Positions 61,190-64,000 of a stretch of 64,000 nucleotides of DNA are shown piece after piece. The notes beneath the pieces were generated by a model. That model ran no database searches. It was not told where the DNA came from and saw only the letters and a program-made list of their open reading frames with translations. The DNA is from Marsupella aquatica (taxonomy: Eukaryota; Plantae; Marchantiophyta): the NCBI GenBank assembly GCA_973895155.1, contig OZ316899.1, positions 7,815,241 to 7,879,240 of the forward strand, read 5' to 3'. Made by a program: the position numbers and the translations under genes. Positions within the stretch are counted from its first letter, which is position 1. Each line of letters begins with the position of its first letter.

Positions 61190-63562
61190 TCATTCCGAAA
61201 TAAGAGATCCGTATTCATCAATAATCATGTCAGCACCAAGCTCCTGTTGGATTTCAAAATTGACATCTGAAGTACTTTGTTCTACCCAATAAGGAGAAGT
61301 CCAAACAGGAGTTATGAACCCCAATTCTCCCCTCTTATACTCCTCCTTATTGAGAATTGAAGGAGCAGCTTCCAATGATATTTCTTGGCCTCGATTTGGC
61401 CCACTTTTCCACACGTAACATCGTGCGTCGCGTTCCAATGACCTCCATCCAGTTGATCCAACTCTATTCCCTTTCTTTTTTGAGAACGGAAGGACAACAG
61501 GACTCCTCGAGTGTGAACGAACGAACACCAATTTGTCATCAGAAGCTGAAAAGAGTGTGTCAGGACAAGTTGAAGCACCTGCCTGGTTGTCAGCAGCCGT
61601 TGATTCATTTCCTCCTGGATTGATGGGAATGTCAGGCAATCCGCCGGCTTCCCCACGAGTCAATTCGTTAGTTTCAGCTTCATTTGAATCTCCAAGCCTC
61701 GTTGCGCCTTCGTTGATCAGATTGGTTGAAGAAAGATGATCAAACATATCAACCCTTGCTCCTTCCAGTTGCTCCATCTGTCCTCCCGGCGTTGTTGGAT
61801 TGGGATCATCCTTGTCCAAGTTATCATCAACTTGAACTTCATGGGGCCCCGGAGGGATGTCATCTAAACCAGATGAACGGTTTGGTGCAAGTCCAATATC
61901 ATCATCTACATCGTAAGGCTCACCTTGACCAACACGGTCATCCAAATTTTTGACATATGCCTCCTCTGATGCCTCTACGCCTTTAGCCACTTTGTCAGCA
62001 ACATCTTCAGACTCAGAACCGTCGGATTCAACAGCGACAGCTACAGCCGCAATAGTGGTAGCCCATTGTCGAGAATTTTCAGCAAGTGATTCACAATGGG
62101 CTTTAAGTGAGGGAACTCTCTCGCAAAGGTAGGAAGCAAAAGCTTCCACAAAATGCCTCTCGGACTGAGAGTCACAATAAACAAAGCATTCCCTATCGCA
62201 AAAAAATGATGTCTTCATGACTTGGCCACCGGAGAAAAAATCTAGAACCAAATCTCCCGGTTCTGATAAGGATTCAATAATCCTTTGGATCATCCGCGTG
62301 GGTTTGGCATGAGGATTAACCCATCCTCCGCGACTACCAACTGTCTCAAATCGAGGGGCCATATTCATAATCTTGACGGCCTCTTCCGGGTCCAAAACCA
62401 CTTTTAGGTCGTCGTTTTGTGTCCCCTCATCTGATTCCTTAGCTTTCCCCTTTCCCTTGTCGATCTTGCATACTTCATAATCAACATCCTTTGAAGTATA
62501 CAAGAATTTTGGCTTTGGATAGTTGGGCTTGAAAACTTCATTCCAATTGACGTCTTCATCTCGAGAAATCCCTGCAAAGATAACTTCTTCAATCCCTCCA
62601 CCCCAACATGAGTCATGAGGGTGCGGTTGATCATCTCGTGAATAACTCCCATACTCAATGTGAATGGTCAAAGCTTTCTCTTGTCCCAATTTACGAAGGG
62701 CACCATGGACATTCAGTGCAAGTTGTCCAGGATGAACTGTTATCGTCACCACAATCGTGGGATTTTGTGGAAGCTCCACAATGTATTCAAAGAGAACAAG
62801 AATCTCTGCTTCAGTCCACTATTTTTGTGGAAGCCGGCTAAAATCAACAATGGCAAGAGGGCAGGTCGGAGGAGCTTCTTGCAATGACTCTGGATCAATG
62901 GTCTTCATGAGATTGTCGCTAAAAAATGTAACCCATGGTAGGGTCCGAGAACGTGATCCTCCGCCAAATCTCTGGCAGTATATATCATCTAGGCGGAATA
63001 CCAATGCCGTCGGCAAGATTGCGCTCTCCCGCGTATGATTTGGCTTTAAAAGGTTGGCAAGATAGACCTCGCCAGCGGCTCTTCGACACCTGCTGAACTC
63101 TGAATCAATTGCTAGCGTAGGAAGAACCTCAACTACTTTCCTCCAATTAGTATTTGTCGGGAAATTCACCGCATCCTTGGTGCAATAGTAGTCTTCAATA
63201 AGGGACTTGAGTTTCCGCACGATCTTCACATCTTTGGCCAACTCCTCTATAGATGGCATGTCTGATTTATTAGAGGCATCTTTCTTTAGCAATACCTTTC
63301 CTGACTTCACCCGCGTCAGTATTCTTGTGATGTCTCGTTGTGAGATCAACTCACCATCAAAACAATGAAACATGGCAACAGTAATTGCTTTTTCAGACTT
63401 CTCATTTCCTTCTACACCAGCTCCATCGGGAAGTTTCCCATCCAACCACAATTGGCATACCAAACTCCATAAATCAAAAAGAGCATTGTCGGCAAACAGT
63501 AACCAGTAGACATTACGACAATCTTTCCTTCCCATGGTCATTCTTGCAAGAGCCAACCAATC
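61190..63562 (-). pseudogene. Large exon encoding a beta-class N4C/N6A DNA methyltransferase-like fold plus acidic linker; one in-frame TAG at 62819-62821
   Basis: NPHAKPTRMIQRIIESLSEPGDLVLDFFSGG matches motifs X-I (HP..KP...l.r.i...s.pGD.VLDPF.GSG). ORFs 62819-63556 and 61190-62779 are in the same frame. TGTAG acceptor at ~63563. Confidence 0.7.
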
Positions 63563-63625
63563 CTACAATTGCAAAGGAAAGTCTGTTAGTTCTCCATAAC
63601 TCAATTGTTTGAAAGCACTCAGGTG

Positions 63626-63975
63626 CGGACTGAGACCATCCCAGTCCAACACAGAACTAGACAGTATCAGTGGAAATATTATATTGAATGTGCATGATTT
63701 AGTTTGGACTAGGACCATCCCAATCCAAAACAAAACTAGACGGTATCAGTGGAGAAATATTCTACTGAATGTGCATGAATCCATTTGGACTGGGACCATC
63801 CCAGTCCAACACAAAACTAGACAATATCAGTGGAAATAGTCTATTGAATGTGCATGAATCCATTTGGACTGGGACCATCCCAGTCCAACACAAAACTAGA
63901 CGATATCAGTGGAAATATTCTACTGAATGTGAATGTATCCATTTGGACTCGGACCATCTCAATCCAAAGCAAACT
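63626..63975. repeat. 79-bp tandem repeat (~4.4 copies) with an internal hairpin, probably intronic
   Basis: Units start at 63626, 63705, 63786, 63865 and 63944; each carries TGGACTGGGA-CCA-TCCCAGTCCA or a variant. Confidence 0.92.
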
Positions 63976-64000
63976 TGAAGCTTTGTGGTCAAAGACTACC

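Noticed and set aside
63626-63975. CRISPR array (palindromic repeats at regular spacing)
   Set aside because: The intervening sequences are also repeated, so there are no unique spacers; no cas genes; eukaryotic context.

Overview
Eukaryotic, almost entirely transposon-derived DNA, most likely from a non-seed land plant (inferred from the TE lineages and GT-AG introns; not provable here). The backbone is a decayed CACTA/En-Spm element: a SET-domain ORF, then a split TnpD transposase (9165-9682 / 11932-12449 + 32079-36488), then a TnpA-like remnant (~58.8-59.5 kb). Facing it on the minus strand is a spliced gene with a DNA amino-methyltransferase-like fold, apparently joined to an FCP1/SCP-type phosphatase domain. 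The transposase is split by a nest with readable target-site duplications (TSDs): a MULE-like MITE (12450-32075) holds a Ty1/copia Bianca-like element (12645-32003), which holds a full-length Ty3/gypsy element B (17221-31244). Element B has 4-kb LTRs that each contain a ~2.66-kb ORF, and two other diverged gypsy families here (1-1370 and ~40.5-48.4 kb) carry a homologous ORF inside their LTR. Also present: gypsy A (1371-8253, plus a fragment at 48394-49636), a 2767-bp tandem duplication, a probable solo LTR with non-canonical AGT...ACT ends, a truncated second copy of B, and several minisatellites. Best candidates for novelty: (1) a CACTA element carrying chromatin/epigenetic cargo genes; (2) a gypsy clade encoding a large accessory protein inside its LTR. 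All domain calls are by motif recognition; no searches were run.
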